From the IMG/VR virus record IMGVR_UViG_3300045988_061465, positions 72,493 through 136,492 of that record: a DNA stretch of 64,000 nt. One strand, 5' to 3'. The notes beneath the pieces were generated by a model, which searched no databases, was not told the DNA's origin, and saw nothing but the letters and a program-made list of their open reading frames with translations. Source of the DNA: a virus. Below, piece by piece: positions 10,463 to 21,213 of this stretch. How positions within the stretch are numbered: the first letter of the stretch is position 1; every line of letters begins with the position of its first letter. The position numbers and the translations under genes are program-made.

Positions 10463-10897
10463 TTAATCCCACCAAGTTCTCATACGTTCAAACCTAAGTT
10501 TATTGTACAAGTACCAGGCTTTTTCTCTTCTTAGATAATCTTTGAGAATTGGGGTATCCCAATTAAGGTCAGCAGCTTTAGGACAGAATCGTTTCCAGTT
10601 CTTAATGTTTATGTGCCTATCTACGAATCCTTCAGACCCAGGTCTGAAATCACAATGATAGGCAGAATCTATCTCTAGAACAATATCTAAAAGTTCTAGT
10701 GCGAGTTTTAGATTCTTTTCAACAACTTCATTACCTTCAGCAATTCTAGATACCTTGAAGTATTCATACATTCTAATTAAAGCTTGTTTCTCTAGGGAGA
10801 GAACAAAACCATAATCAAACGGATAGAACTTCATAGCCTCTTTAATGAGTCTCTTGTTTTTGTTCTTTCTTAGTTTCATATTCTTGACTTGCTTCAA
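10463..10897 (-). CDS. hypothetical protein (144 aa)
   Basis: ORF track. Confidence 0.5.
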   Translation of the reverse strand: MKQVKNMKLRKNKNKRLIKEAMKFYPFDYGFVLSLEKQALIRMYEYFKVSRIAEGNEVVEKNLKLALELLDIVLEIDSAYHCDFRPGSEGFVDRHINIKNWKRFCPKAADLNWDTPILKDYLRREKAWYLYNKLRFERMRTWWD

Positions 10898-11303
10898 CTG
10901 CTAATTTATCTGCTAAATTGTTCATTTCAGAAAAGAAATCGGAATTTGAAGTGTGTCCCTTAACCCAACAAAATTTTATGTCAGGACAAAACTGGCTTGT
11001 CTTAGCAAAAACTTTGTCATATAAGTTCCACAACTCTACATTCTTTTTTCTTTTCCATCCTTTTGTAGCACATCCTATGACATACTGAGAATCTGAATAG
11101 ATGGTAAGAGATTCTATCTTACGACTTACTGCATTAAGAGCATATATTACAGCTAACAACTCACATTTGTTGTTAGTAGTATTTGGAATCATCTTGCTAA
11201 ATTCATAGGATTTTTTCCCATCAATTACGAATACAACTCCTACTCCTCCTGTGTTTCTAGATGAACTAAAAGCTCCATCGGTAAAGACCTCTAAATTACT
11301 CAT
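10842..11303 (-). CDS. ribonuclease H (RNase HI-like)
   Basis: TDGA...CELLAVIYAL...IYSDSQYV...VKGHTSN...NNLADKLA matches RNase H catalytic motifs. Confidence 0.75.
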   Translation of the reverse strand: MSNLEVFTDGAFSSSRNTGGVGVVFVIDGKKSYEFSKMIPNTTNNKCELLAVIYALNAVSRKIESLTIYSDSQYVIGCATKGWKRKKNVELWNLYDKVFAKTSQFCPDIKFCWVKGHTSNSDFFSEMNNLADKLAVEASQEYETKKEQKQETH

Positions 11304-11691
11304 TCTGAGTATTAGTCCTGAGATTAGTTCCTAGTAGTATTGCTATCTTTAGCAGGTCGTCTTGATTATCACAAAATATATTATCCAAAATATAGTTTGC
11401 ATAATCACTTATTCTAACTCTCTTTCCTACAGCTCCATACTTCTCATTAAGCCACTTAATTTGTGGAATAAAGTCTTCCAAATTATCCCCAAGATGCCTC
11501 AAGGCTTTTCTAATAGAGACTGGAAACCACATTTTTTCTTTTATCCAATCTAAGTGACAATAACCAAAAGCAAAAGCTCTACTCAAATCCTTCTGAATGA
11601 ACTCGTCTAGCTCGAAATTTCTCTCATGCCTTCCTAATTCCTCAAAATCATCTTTTAAATCTAAACAGAACACTTCATTGAACTCAATCAT
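11296..11691 (-). CDS. hypothetical protein (131 aa)
   Basis: ORF track. Confidence 0.45.
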   Translation of the reverse strand: MIEFNEVFCLDLKDDFEELGRHERNFELDEFIQKDLSRAFAFGYCHLDWIKEKMWFPVSIRKALRHLGDNLEDFIPQIKWLNEKYGAVGKRVRISDYANYILDNIFCDNQDDLLKIAILLGTNLRTNTQNE

Positions 11692-12073
11692 CGCTCCAAG
11701 ATTCTATAACACCAACCAACTCTAGCATACCATATCTACACATAGCCTTAAATGGCCCAGTAGATATAGAAACAAATGTTGATTTGCTGTTTCTGTAATT
11801 TCTTATTACTTGCGTAAGTAAGTCTCTAGCTAGTGTTCTCAGGTCAGAAATAGATGGAACTCTATACTCTCCAGGACTTATATACATCCTCCAAGGAGAC
11901 TTTCCTACACATTTTCCATCATCGTCATATGTTCTATGACTCTTGTCCCAACTCATATATTCTAGAACCTTGTCAAAGTCAAAGTTCTCCATGATATAGT
12001 TATACTGAACATCAAGAGGTGGGGCATCACTGAAATTTCTTGTCTTCTTTACTTTCATTTTTATAACATTCAA
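11684..12073 (-). CDS. hypothetical protein (129 aa)
   Basis: ORF track. Confidence 0.45.
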   Translation of the reverse strand: MNVIKMKVKKTRNFSDAPPLDVQYNYIMENFDFDKVLEYMSWDKSHRTYDDDGKCVGKSPWRMYISPGEYRVPSISDLRTLARDLLTQVIRNYRNSKSTFVSISTGPFKAMCRYGMLELVGVIESWSDD

Positions 12074-12344
12074 CGAGACGTTGCAGGTTGGGAAGTTTGT
12101 CAGGTCTTACACTGACAATTAAACCTCCTTTCCGCAGATTGTAACTCAATTTGATTCCGCAATGATTAAGAATTTCAATAAATTCTTTCAATGCGTTACC
12201 TTTCAATACATTTCTATAGACTAGCTTCTGACCATCTTGATAACCTTCACGGTAGTATTCATTCGCAACATCGGAAATAAGCCATCGTCTAATGGGTGAG
12301 ACCCTTTCTAGGAGTTCACTAACTCTAGTTGCGATGAAATCCAT
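12027..12344 (-). CDS. hypothetical protein (105 aa)
   Basis: ORF track. Confidence 0.45.
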   Translation of the reverse strand: MDFIATRVSELLERVSPIRRWLISDVANEYYREGYQDGQKLVYRNVLKGNALKEFIEILNHCGIKLSYNLRKGGLIVSVRPDKLPNLQRLVECYKNESKEDKKFQ

Positions 12345-12349
12345 ACTTA

Positions 12350-12514
12350 CTGAATACTATCGTTAGATACTATAGAATCGACAGCAGTTGTGTCTACAAC
12401 ATTCTCAACGACTACAACAGAGTCCTCTGCAACTACAGTTGCCGGTTGAGTCTTGTGTGTGCAAGCTGACATAGCAGCAACTAACACAAAAAGCAATAGT
12501 AACTTCTTCATTTT
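12350..12514 (-). CDS. small lipoprotein (54 aa)
   Basis: Hand-translated as MKKLLLLFVLVAAMSACTHK..., a signal peptide plus lipobox. Below the ORF-track size cutoff. Confidence 0.35.
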
Positions 12515-12990
12515 CAATAATTTTAATTAGTTAAACATTTTATCTATCAAAAAAAAAGAGTGGTTCCAGTATCTGTGCTTCTCAGATACTTTCCCCACTC
12601 CTATCACTCCGAAGAGCTTGTACCGTTATTAGGTCGGCCAACCTCCCTCTTCATCTTGTTGAGAATTTGGGATAATAGTCACCAAGTTTAAAGATTACTT
12701 GTAACTGAAGCAAATGCTGAAACCCTTAACAGGGCTTCGTAACTCCTCCAACAACTTGGTTGGTGAGCTATAGTAGGAAGCTAACACGCAGGCAAAGATG
12801 AAATCAAAGTCAAAGACCTGGTCACACTAGCGAAGACTAAGACAAAGACTCTCAATAAGAGAGTAATTTCAAGATTTTTGTGAGACCAGCGAATGTGCAA
12901 GTCAGAAATCCTTAGATTTCCAAATAAAGATTCATATATTATTCCTAACGTATATATAAATTGTTAGCTTCCTACAAAAAATTCCTCTAA

Positions 12991-13905
12991 TTACTTAGAG
13001 GAGGGATCTCCTTGTTTCCTAATCTCTTCGAAAATTCCTAGAAGATTCGTTGGCAAGGTAATCTTTAGTTGAGAGATTCTCTCCTGTTCAGATGTTCTCC
13101 AGTTATTAAACTGACTTCTAAACTCTTGCATTTTAGAATTATATCTCTCATAGTCAGCCTTAAATTCTGCCACCCTGTCTTGATATTCCCTTTCTCTAGT
13201 CATATCAAGCTTGTTTACAGTCTCTTTAAGTTCTGCCTTCATAGCGTTTAGTTCTTTTTCATAAGAACGATACGTATCTTGAAGAGACATAAACATTGCA
13301 TCGACATCTTCTACCTTAATAGTTGGGTCTTGGTAATAGAGAATTAAGTCTCTACCAGTTCCTTCCTTGTAGATTGGACAGTTTTCAGCAGCATGAACAT
13401 CTTTTCTAGCTTTACTAAAAGCTCCTTTTGGGTGAATATATTTCCCATAAGTGGAAGCAAATGCTTCAAGTCTTAGGTACTTGTTTCTCTTATTGGCATC
13501 CCATGAATCCATTACCTCTTTCTCATCTGCCTTAATAGGTGAATCTGGATATTGAGGTTGTTCTGGAATTTCAACATTGTTTTCTCTAGCCCATTTTTCG
13601 ATAGAGCAAGCAGTAGTATAGGAAATCAATTCCTCCTTTTTCTTAATAGCCTCCCGCACCCAAGCACAGAAGCTATTCATTTCCGCTGACTTTTCTAAGT
13701 CGTCCTTAATAAAGTCCAGAGAAGTTTGACCTACTGTCATTAATTGCTTCTCACCACCTCCTATGGAGGCTACGGACACTTGATAGAACTTCACACTATT
13801 CAGGCGCTCAGTAGCAGCCTGAATCATTTCCTGCGCAACATTAGCATAATAGTTAGCAGATGTAGAAGTTAATCCTTCGTTTCCAAAAAATACACTTTCT
13901 TTCAT
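12991..13905 (-). CDS. hypothetical protein (304 aa, coiled-coil C-terminus)
   Basis: ORF track. Confidence 0.55.
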   Translation of the reverse strand: MKESVFFGNEGLTSTSANYYANVAQEMIQAATERLNSVKFYQVSVASIGGGEKQLMTVGQTSLDFIKDDLEKSAEMNSFCAWVREAIKKKEELISYTTACSIEKWARENNVEIPEQPQYPDSPIKADEKEVMDSWDANKRNKYLRLEAFASTYGKYIHPKGAFSKARKDVHAAENCPIYKEGTGRDLILYYQDPTIKVEDVDAMFMSLQDTYRSYEKELNAMKAELKETVNKLDMTREREYQDRVAEFKADYERYNSKMQEFRSQFNNWRTSEQERISQLKITLPTNLLGIFEEIRKQGDPSSK

Positions 13906-13933
13906 TTTTATATTCTTTAAATATTAACTGCAG

Positions 13934-14018
13934 TGACGCAGAAGGGAGTCGAACCCTCAATCCCATAAAGGGCAACGCATTTTAAGTGCGTTTCGTATAC
14001 CAGTTCCGACACTGCGCC
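13934..14018 (-). tRNA. tRNA-Leu (anticodon UAA), type II
   Basis: Acceptor GGCGCAG pairs with CTGCGTC. Anticodon loop CTTAAAA. Long variable arm. T-arm GAGGGTTCGACTCCCTT. Confidence 0.8.
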
Positions 14019-14024
14019 ATCCTT

Positions 14025-14519
14025 TTATTTACTTATGTTCTTGCCACGGTAATTATCAGTAAAAGCATGACAATTTGGACAGAGTAGTTGTAAATTCTCT
14101 ATCCTTAAATCATCCTTAATGCCATTTACATGATGTAATTCTAGAGCAATAGGTTTGCCCATCCACTCTGTATTACCACAACATTCACATTTGTACTCTT
14201 TCACACGTTCCTTTAACAATCTATCTTTTAAATGATATGTACTTCTATAAGAGGAATGTTCTATTAGAATGGATTCTAACGGTTGTGCCCCTTTTACAGG
14301 TTTGTATCTATCTCCTTGATTCCAAGCTTGTCCGGTCATGTGAGATGTATCTAAGTTAAGTTCACTAATCTTACGCTTTACAGTTTCATAGTTACTGCCA
14401 GCAGGTTTAAGTCCTAATTTTCTCATCACTTCTGCATGAGATAGACTAGTTTTTACTGCTTCAATGAATTGTTCGTCTGTCCATTTTCTCTTACTCATCC
14501 CTGTATATTTAGTACACAA
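14025..14519 (-). CDS. HNH homing endonuclease
   Basis: CECCGN...HHVNGIKDD...NLQLLCPNCH is a classic HNH motif. Confidence 0.7.
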   Translation of the reverse strand: MCTKYTGMSKRKWTDEQFIEAVKTSLSHAEVMRKLGLKPAGSNYETVKRKISELNLDTSHMTGQAWNQGDRYKPVKGAQPLESILIEHSSYRSTYHLKDRLLKERVKEYKCECCGNTEWMGKPIALELHHVNGIKDDLRIENLQLLCPNCHAFTDNYRGKNISK

Positions 14520-14721
14520 AGATAGTAATTAAATTTGAATCTACCTAATCCATTAAGTTAAAATTTGTGAACGTATGACGTGTCTACCAATTCCACCATT
14601 CGGGCATATAGTAGCTATTCTCACGAACCGCTACCGAGAGATAACCCTAAAGTATCATTTTTCTAATCTTCTTACTAGATTAGTCTCCGAATTGTTAAAT
14701 TCAAAGTTAAAAACTGTTAAC

Positions 14722-15033
14722 TTACTTAAATTGTAGACAGGTGTTAATAAACTTATCAACATCAGTTCCACAATCAATATAGTTTGGAGTAACTTTTTCA
14801 AAGTATCTTAGATTAGCTTCTGTACCAATTAACCCAAGCTCTTCAAAATCGTAACCCTCTCCATGAACATCAAAGGGCAAGCCAGGTCTAAATATCAACC
14901 AGGCTGTCCCTTCAAACTCACAACAAATACAAACTGTTAATCCGCTTTCTCTCAGTTTGTCTAAGATTTGCGGACTAACAGTCTTTAATACTACACACTT
15001 ACCCGAGTTCGGCGAGTCTCCGTTTGATTTCAT
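14722..15033 (-). CDS. hypothetical protein (103 aa)
   Basis: ORF track. Confidence 0.45.
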   Translation of the reverse strand: MKSNGDSPNSGKCVVLKTVSPQILDKLRESGLTVCICCEFEGTAWLIFRPGLPFDVHGEGYDFEELGLIGTEANLRYFEKVTPNYIDCGTDVDKFINTCLQFK

Positions 15034-15373
15034 CTTCGGACAAGCTTTCTAACTTCTCAGATTGTTTCTTAGCTAACAGTTCCGTTAAGCGAGCTTTCTC
15101 AGCAGCCTTATTCTTAGCTGTCTCTCTGTCAGCCTTCTCTTTTAGTTTATCCGTTATAATCTCCTTCACAATATTGAACTTCAATTCAAGTTCGGTATTG
15201 CTAGGAGTATCATTAGTTATGAAAGACTTTCTTGGACTCTTAGCTAGTTCCTCATCATAAGAAACAGCTAATTTATCCAATACTGGCAGGCTCAAGTCCC
15301 ACAAATCTTCTACACTCAGATTACCTTTACTAGTTGCGAAACGCAACTTCATTTTTGACGCTTGTTTAAACAT
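14999..15373 (-). CDS. hypothetical charged coiled-coil protein (124 aa)
   Basis: ORF track. Confidence 0.45.
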   Translation of the reverse strand: MFKQASKMKLRFATSKGNLSVEDLWDLSLPVLDKLAVSYDEELAKSPRKSFITNDTPSNTELELKFNIVKEIITDKLKEKADRETAKNKAAEKARLTELLAKKQSEKLESLSEDEIKRRLAELG

Positions 15374-15375
15374 AA

Positions 15376-17391
15376 TTAGAAAATGATTTTAAATGATTTA
15401 TTATCAACTTTTACAACAACATCATTGTGTGATGTGCTAGAAAATCCCAATCCACTTAACTGGTCATCACTGTACTCAGCTTTTGCTCTAGAACCAAGAG
15501 CTTCAAACACTCTTCTATGCTCCTTTTCAAGGTCAGCTCTCAGATATTCATTAAAGAAACCTCTAACAGGATCTGGATTCTTGCATCCATCTATCATAAA
15601 GAACAGATGCTTATTTCCTATAGCGTTGCCTTCCCAATGATTAGGAGAGAACATAATACAAGAAACCTTCTGGAATTTCATTGTATCAATTCCCCACTCG
15701 TTAGTAGATTTGAACGATGTAGAACCCTCTTTAATGGTAGGAGTCATGGAAATGTTTCTTTGTCCATCAACATGGATACGAGCAACTTCAACATATTCAT
15801 CGTTCGGAACTACTTTTCCATACTGGAATTTGTGAAGTTCTCCATTAATCTCAATTTCCATTTCGAAACCAAAATCAATACTTTCTCTCTTATTGAAGTT
15901 GTGCACTCTTACCACATAATCTCCCGGTCTTAGTCTGCTAGGGTCTGTCCATATGATGTTCTCAACAGCATCTCTAGTTTTTCCAGAACCCGCGTTCATG
16001 TCAACATCAAGAGTCCCTCCAGTATGACCAGTTTTACTTCCAAAATAGATTTCTCTTCCACTAGGCTCGGTTACATGAAGGTCAAGGTCATCATAGTTAA
16101 ACCAGTGAAGAGAGCATCTCATGAAGCCGTCTACATTTCCACCAGCAGCCTTTACCTTCTCCTTGAAAGAATCAGCTACAGAACCATTATAAACCCAAGC
16201 AAAGTTGTTATTCCACTTAAACAACTGTCCAGCATCCGGATTTTCAGGAGCAGTCAGAGTAACAAAGTTGGGAATGTGTCTGTTCTCTACCAAGATAGAA
16301 ACCTCCTTAGCTCCCGGAAGTATATTCTTGACAAAGGCATCAGCAGAAACCTCTTGGGCTTTAGTAAACTCTTTTGGATTTACTGTAGAAGTCTCAGAGA
16401 GCATATCAAACATTCCTCCCTTCATCTTTGCTCTAGTATCTCTATTTACGAATAGAACATCATTCACAGAAATATCTTCCACATGAGCATGACGACGAGG
16501 AAGTGCATCAGTAAGACCTAGCTCTTCTACCTTCTTCTGAGCAGCTTCAATTTGCTTCTTAGTGATAAGAGCAGTAGGTCTTTTATAGTTAGAAGGAGCC
16601 ATGATATTTTCATATGCTCTTACGGCTTTCTCCAGATCTACACCATTGCTTAGGTCAATAAGTAAAGTTCCCATAGCCGTATTTCTAATCTTAGCTATAG
16701 GAGACTTAAAGTTTAACCAGCAATAGTTAGTTCTTACTTCTGGACTCAGAGTTTGAGCAGTAACTAGTGTTCTTCTAAATTCCTCCAAACTCTTCAAGAA
16801 CTCCGCACCTCTATAGAGATTGTTTCCTTCTATAAGCTCAATAACAGTTTCAACTGCCTCCAGCTTAAGCTCACTGATAGAGCGTTCAAATACCCCAGCT
16901 CTTGCTCTGACATCTCCCCTGTAACCGGCAGCAGAGTCAAAACCATGAACTCGCCTGTTGAATTTGAAGTTATTCGGAATAGTTACGTACAGATGTGTCC
17001 AAGTTCTGGTTGTTCCATCAGGAAGCAATTGAACATTATGGTCACAACCATGAAATTCATTCACATCTTGAATAAAGACGTCTCCTATTCCAGCTTCCTT
17101 AACTAATTTGGCTAAAGCCTGTGCTGTTTTCTCATATCCAGGAGTATGCACATCATCCCAGAATGTTTTAATCTTATACGTTTGAGGGTCAATCGCTACA
17201 ACTTTACCATAATGCCGGATAAAAGATTTACAGGCATTGCAGTTATGGTCTTGTCTAATAGTTTCATCTTCAAACGACAGAAGATAGCCCATCCAAAGGA
17301 GGTCTTTATCAACATTAGCAACAAACAGGTTTTCTGCAATCATATTGTTGAAAGCAGCTTCTACATCTTTCTTAAAATTCTTAAATTCCAT
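15376..17391 (-). CDS. large hypothetical protein (671 aa)
   Basis: Longest early ORF. No motif I can name with confidence. Confidence 0.65.
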   Translation of the reverse strand: MEFKNFKKDVEAAFNNMIAENLFVANVDKDLLWMGYLLSFEDETIRQDHNCNACKSFIRHYGKVVAIDPQTYKIKTFWDDVHTPGYEKTAQALAKLVKEAGIGDVFIQDVNEFHGCDHNVQLLPDGTTRTWTHLYVTIPNNFKFNRRVHGFDSAAGYRGDVRARAGVFERSISELKLEAVETVIELIEGNNLYRGAEFLKSLEEFRRTLVTAQTLSPEVRTNYCWLNFKSPIAKIRNTAMGTLLIDLSNGVDLEKAVRAYENIMAPSNYKRPTALITKKQIEAAQKKVEELGLTDALPRRHAHVEDISVNDVLFVNRDTRAKMKGGMFDMLSETSTVNPKEFTKAQEVSADAFVKNILPGAKEVSILVENRHIPNFVTLTAPENPDAGQLFKWNNNFAWVYNGSVADSFKEKVKAAGGNVDGFMRCSLHWFNYDDLDLHVTEPSGREIYFGSKTGHTGGTLDVDMNAGSGKTRDAVENIIWTDPSRLRPGDYVVRVHNFNKRESIDFGFEMEIEINGELHKFQYGKVVPNDEYVEVARIHVDGQRNISMTPTIKEGSTSFKSTNEWGIDTMKFQKVSCIMFSPNHWEGNAIGNKHLFFMIDGCKNPDPVRGFFNEYLRADLEKEHRRVFEALGSRAKAEYSDDQLSGLGFSSTSHNDVVVKVDNKSFKIIF

Positions 17392-17607
17392 TTTTAAATC
17401 TATTAAGTGTTCAACTTTTTGTTCATTTCTCCCTCTAAATTCCTAAGAGTTTCTATACTCTCCTCATAGAACTTATCCTTACCTAATTCACAAACTTTGT
17501 AATTAGATAATATTTGCTGGAATCGCAAATGTGGACTACATTCTATGATTTGAGCTAGTCTAGTTAAAATCTTAAAGTTAGCTTGTTCTCTAAGCTTAAT
17601 ATCTTTT

Positions 17608-18105
17608 TCAATCTGAGCTTCCATACTTGTTAATAATATCTAACTCTAATTCTTTAACTTTACTCTCATATAGAGAATCTTCGGCATATCCAATCCTATC
17701 TAGGAATCTATAATAGTCCTCTTCTGGATCGTACCTACTTAGAATAAATTGCTTATAAGCAAATACACAGCTTATCCAACTGTCAAACTTGAAATAGGAC
17801 ATCGTTCTTGAATTATACAATCCGAACAAATTATTGTTGTCCTTACAAAGTTTAGACTTGAAGTTACCAGATTCTAGAACAGCTTGAGCTGTTATAATAG
17901 CAGGGCTTGGGAAATCATAGTGTTTAAGGGTATTATACAATACTTCCTCATTCACCTCCTCCATCAAATAGAATGGGTGTTCCGGCATCAGCATAATTTT
18001 CTCCTCTGGAAACCTCGCAGAATGTATCCAGTGATGCAAAGAATAACCAGTTGCAAATCCGAATACAATACTAATCATTAAAATAATTAAAACTCTCTTT
18101 TTCAT
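17608..18105 (-). CDS. GH73-family peptidoglycan hydrolase (glucosaminidase-like), membrane-anchored
   Basis: N-terminal transmembrane segment. AIITAQAVLESGNFKSKL resembles the GH73 LESGWG motif. Confidence 0.55.
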   Translation of the reverse strand: MKKRVLIILMISIVFGFATGYSLHHWIHSARFPEEKIMLMPEHPFYLMEEVNEEVLYNTLKHYDFPSPAIITAQAVLESGNFKSKLCKDNNNLFGLYNSRTMSYFKFDSWISCVFAYKQFILSRYDPEEDYYRFLDRIGYAEDSLYESKVKELELDIINKYGSSD

Positions 18106-18398
18106 ATCTCAATAGAATTAATAAATCTTGCATCATTACATGGTTGATAAGCAACTTTATCAAGTTCTGGGACATAGACTATATAATAGTAATCAAAGAA
18201 TTGGTTATTATCTTCGAACCCTATAATTATCCCTTTATGTCCACTATCTATCACACAGTCTCTAAATAAATACTTTGAAAGATCTTGGCGAATGTCATCA
18301 TGGCCTGCCTGTAGAGCTGATATACCCCAGTAGGAGGTATTTGTACCCCTAACTTCATTTCCTAATAAGTCCTTATCGTATGAAATCTCAGTAATCAT
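18102..18398 (-). CDS. hypothetical protein (98 aa)
   Basis: ORF track. Confidence 0.4.
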   Translation of the reverse strand: MITEISYDKDLLGNEVRGTNTSYWGISALQAGHDDIRQDLSKYLFRDCVIDSGHKGIIIGFEDNNQFFDYYYIVYVPELDKVAYQPCNDARFINSIEI

Positions 18399-18721
18399 GA
18401 TGTTTTCTCAGGCTTATCCTTTTCTATGTTAACTACTATCATAAGCTCGGAATTAGGATTCTCACGATTCTTCGCCTTCCTAGCATCTTCTTCGGTATCA
18501 TACTGACCTATAATGAATGGGATATTATTTCTACACTTAATCAGGTAGTATTCCTTCATTTTTCAATTCCAAAATAACTCTTTAATAATTCTATATTCCC
18601 TTCCTTAAGATGTCTTATAATAGCTTTTCTCTCCTTTTCATAGAGAATAATCTTGCTTTCTAAGATACTTATCTTATGGTTGAAATTATTTTCATATTCT
18701 TCCAGAGCTTCGGTAATGACT

Positions 18722-19174
18722 TTAATCGCAGTACAATCCTTCATCATACTCTTCGTTATAATAGTCCTCGCTTCCACTATCGTCTCCGATAGGATTCTCC
18801 CAGCCATACTTTTCCGCAGTAGCCTTAAATAATGGCAATCCATACATAGCATAGTTATCCTCTGGATAATCCTCCAAGCCTTCCTCAAGAACTCTATTCC
18901 ATCTAAGAACTACAGCAAACATCAGACTTGCAGAAATACCTCTCTTGTTAAGGGCTTTTTCAAATCCGAACTCTACATCTTCTTTAAGTTGGGAAAGAAC
19001 ATTCTCTCTAGTCCACTCTTTGGGTTCGGGATAAGGTTCATCGCTATTCCACTTAAAACCTATTTTCTCTAACTGTTCTTGTGTAAGAAATTGAGCCAAT
19101 CTAACTCCAAATCTATCATCAAGAAATACAGACCATTCTTCGTAATTGTTCACAATTTCATCTAATGTTTTCAT
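18722..19174 (-). CDS. hypothetical acidic protein (150 aa)
   Basis: ORF track. Confidence 0.45.
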   Translation of the reverse strand: MKTLDEIVNNYEEWSVFLDDRFGVRLAQFLTQEQLEKIGFKWNSDEPYPEPKEWTRENVLSQLKEDVEFGFEKALNKRGISASLMFAVVLRWNRVLEEGLEDYPEDNYAMYGLPLFKATAEKYGWENPIGDDSGSEDYYNEEYDEGLYCD

Positions 19175-19500
19175 TATAATTTAGATAAGTAAATGTTTTG
19201 AGGATATTCGTTAAATACTAGTAGAGTTACTGGACAAATCCAAACTCTATCGTTATAATTCTTACTCTTACACAAGTAAGTAGCTCCATTCTCATCTTCT
19301 TCAATCTTAGATAGAACAATCTTAGCTACAGGAGGATCAACCATCTGCAACCTAACAAATCTATCATCAAGAGAATCAAGAAGATCGTCAGCCCCGCCAA
19401 CCATAACTAGCTCCTCTGGGCTTCCATCGAAATCTGGCCACCAATAAAACCAGACTCCTCCCACTTTTACAAATTCAAATGTTTTTCGCATTAAACACAA
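19174..19500 (-). CDS. hypothetical protein (108 aa)
   Basis: ORF track. Confidence 0.45.
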   Translation of the reverse strand: MCLMRKTFEFVKVGGVWFYWWPDFDGSPEELVMVGGADDLLDSLDDRFVRLQMVDPPVAKIVLSKIEEDENGATYLCKSKNYNDRVWICPVTLLVFNEYPQNIYLSKL

Positions 19501-19551
19501 ATTAAATTAAACAAAAAATACCCCAACAACTTTCGCTGCTGGGGTACATAG

Positions 19552-19623
19552 TAACGCCAACGGGATTCGAACCCGTATGCCAAGAATGAAAATCTTGTAT
19601 CCTAACCCTTAGATGATGGCGCT
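19552..19623 (-). tRNA. tRNA-Glu (anticodon UUC)
   Basis: Acceptor AGCGCCA pairs with TGGCGTT. Anticodon stem CAAGA/TCTTG with loop TTTTCAT. T-arm ACGGGTTCGAATCCCGT. Confidence 0.75.
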
Positions 19624-19630
19624 ATCCAGA

Positions 19631-20302
19631 TTACGCAATAAGACTATAAGCCTCTTGCAGTAATTTAATAGTTGGAGTCTTATGATTATCTACAACAATT
19701 ATTTTGTAAATGTTCAAAAACTCATTGTAAGTCAATGAAGTACAAGTTAAGAAAATCTGGACATCCTCATTTATAGAGCCATTACTTAACCCTAGGTCTA
19801 CTTTTACCATGCTAGGTAATGTTCCAATCTGAGAAATATCCCAAGTTGATTTAGCTCTTCTTAATACTTCTCTCTGCTTTGCAGTAAGATTTTTCTCCTT
19901 CAATCTGGATTCAATAATATTTCCATCAAATTCTAAGGAATTTGCGTCTGGATTTGTATTATTTAAAGCCATTTGAATCTTCTGTACAGCAGAATCTTTC
20001 GGTTTTGGTGCAGAAGTAACAGACTCTTTAAGTCCTTTCATTATTTGCAATGACGGAATAAAATCCTTGATTTGGTTAGCGTTCCAAACTAGAAATTTTC
20101 CAGGACTGTCTTTAGTAGTTACTATATACTTAGTTCCTCCATTATAAGGAACAAGAATGTGCAAATCTGCATCACTATTTTTACTCCAATGGTCTGATAC
20201 TCGTATTTTTACATTACCTATAACAAAATAACGAGAAACAGTGGTTTCAGCTTCGATAATCTCGGAAGCTGTCGCTAATAAATACTTTTCTAATCTAGTC
20301 AT
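19631..20302 (-). CDS. hypothetical protein (223 aa)
   Basis: ORF track. Confidence 0.55.
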   Translation of the reverse strand: MTRLEKYLLATASEIIEAETTVSRYFVIGNVKIRVSDHWSKNSDADLHILVPYNGGTKYIVTTKDSPGKFLVWNANQIKDFIPSLQIMKGLKESVTSAPKPKDSAVQKIQMALNNTNPDANSLEFDGNIIESRLKEKNLTAKQREVLRRAKSTWDISQIGTLPSMVKVDLGLSNGSINEDVQIFLTCTSLTYNEFLNIYKIIVVDNHKTPTIKLLQEAYSLIA

Positions 20303-20325
20303 ATAATTAATCTAATTAATAATAG

Positions 20326-20398
20326 ATCCCCCACTCGGATTCGAACCGAGGTCACAAGATTACAAATCTAGTGTTCTGACCAACTAAACTACAGGGGA
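20326..20398 (-). tRNA. tRNA-Thr (anticodon UGU)
   Basis: Acceptor TCCCCTG pairs with TGGGGGA (two G-U pairs). Anticodon loop TTTGTAA. T-arm CTCGGTTCGAATCCGAG. Confidence 0.65.
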
Positions 20399-20540
20399 AT
20401 ATAGTGGAGATTTCCACTATTTACTAATTCTAACCTCTGCGGGAATATACTCATTAGTAAAAGTTTCTAGGTTTTACTTCGGGAACCATTAACCTTGTGC
20501 TTACTGTCGGGGACCGCATCCGTATCCATCCAGAAGCCTT

Positions 20541-20578
20541 GCCGAGACTGGGGGATTCGAACCCCAACCTTCACAGTG
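20541..20578 (-). other. orphan tRNA 3' fragment (T-arm plus acceptor 3' strand) directly downstream of tRNA-Asp
   Basis: GGTTGGGGTTCGAATCCCCCAGTCTCGGCA has a T-arm and an acceptor 3' strand. No matching 5' half is present. Confidence 0.5.
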
Positions 20579-20650
20579 CCGAGAGTACCAGACTCGAACT
20601 GGTGACCTTCGCATAGACAGTGCGCTATTCTACCACTGAACTAACCCTCG
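20579..20650 (-). tRNA. tRNA-Asp (anticodon GUC)
   Basis: Acceptor CGAGGGT pairs with ACTCTCG. D-arm TAGTTCAGTGGTAGAATA is Asp-like. Anticodon loop CTGTCTA. Confidence 0.65.
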
Positions 20651-20661
20651 GTGTAACTGGA

Positions 20662-21213
20662 TTACTCCAGACCAATTAAACCCTTCTCTAACATAATATG
20701 GTGATTCGGACATAACCATACTAAATTATTCTCATTGTTAATCTCTTTAATAAGAGTGTCTTCGTCAAATTCTAATATTCCTTTAAGATGATGTACTTCA
20801 AGTATTGCATCAAATTCATGATTATGACAATATTGGCATACTTTCTCACGTTCGGAACTTTCTAATACTCTACGAGCATTAGTCCTTATTTCTTGACATT
20901 TAGATGATAAGTACTTCTGCCCAGATGTATAATAACCTAATGTTTTGTTACCAATTCCATTAAGTTCTTCCCAGCAACTACGACACATTTCTGAATCTTT
21001 ATGCTTAGGTTTACCACATCTAGGACATATCTTGTTTTCATCGTGCTTTATCCTACCTCTATTATTGTAAGAAGCAGCACACGAATGACTACAAAACTGT
21101 TTCTTCCTCACATCTGCGACCCTCTGATTATCTAGTACTTCGATTACCTTACCACATTCCTTACAGTGGTTAGGATTCTCATAATACAATTTAAGAGATT
21201 GTTCTCGATTCAC
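20662..21213 (-). CDS. HNH endonuclease with Cys-rich zinc-binding region
   Basis: CKECG...CPRCG...HHLKGILEFDED...NLVWLCPNHH is an HNH motif. Confidence 0.65.
   Translation of the reverse strand: MNREQSLKLYYENPNHCKECGKVIEVLDNQRVADVRKKQFCSHSCAASYNNRGRIKHDENKICPRCGKPKHKDSEMCRSCWEELNGIGNKTLGYYTSGQKYLSSKCQEIRTNARRVLESSEREKVCQYCHNHEFDAILEVHHLKGILEFDEDTLIKEINNENNLVWLCPNHHIMLEKGLIGLE

Noticed and set aside
12570-12600. Hairpin CAGTATCTG-N7-CAGATACTG near a T9 run as a terminator
   Set aside because: The T-run is about 12 nt from the stem rather than adjacent, and the stem is AT-rich. Kept only as a note.
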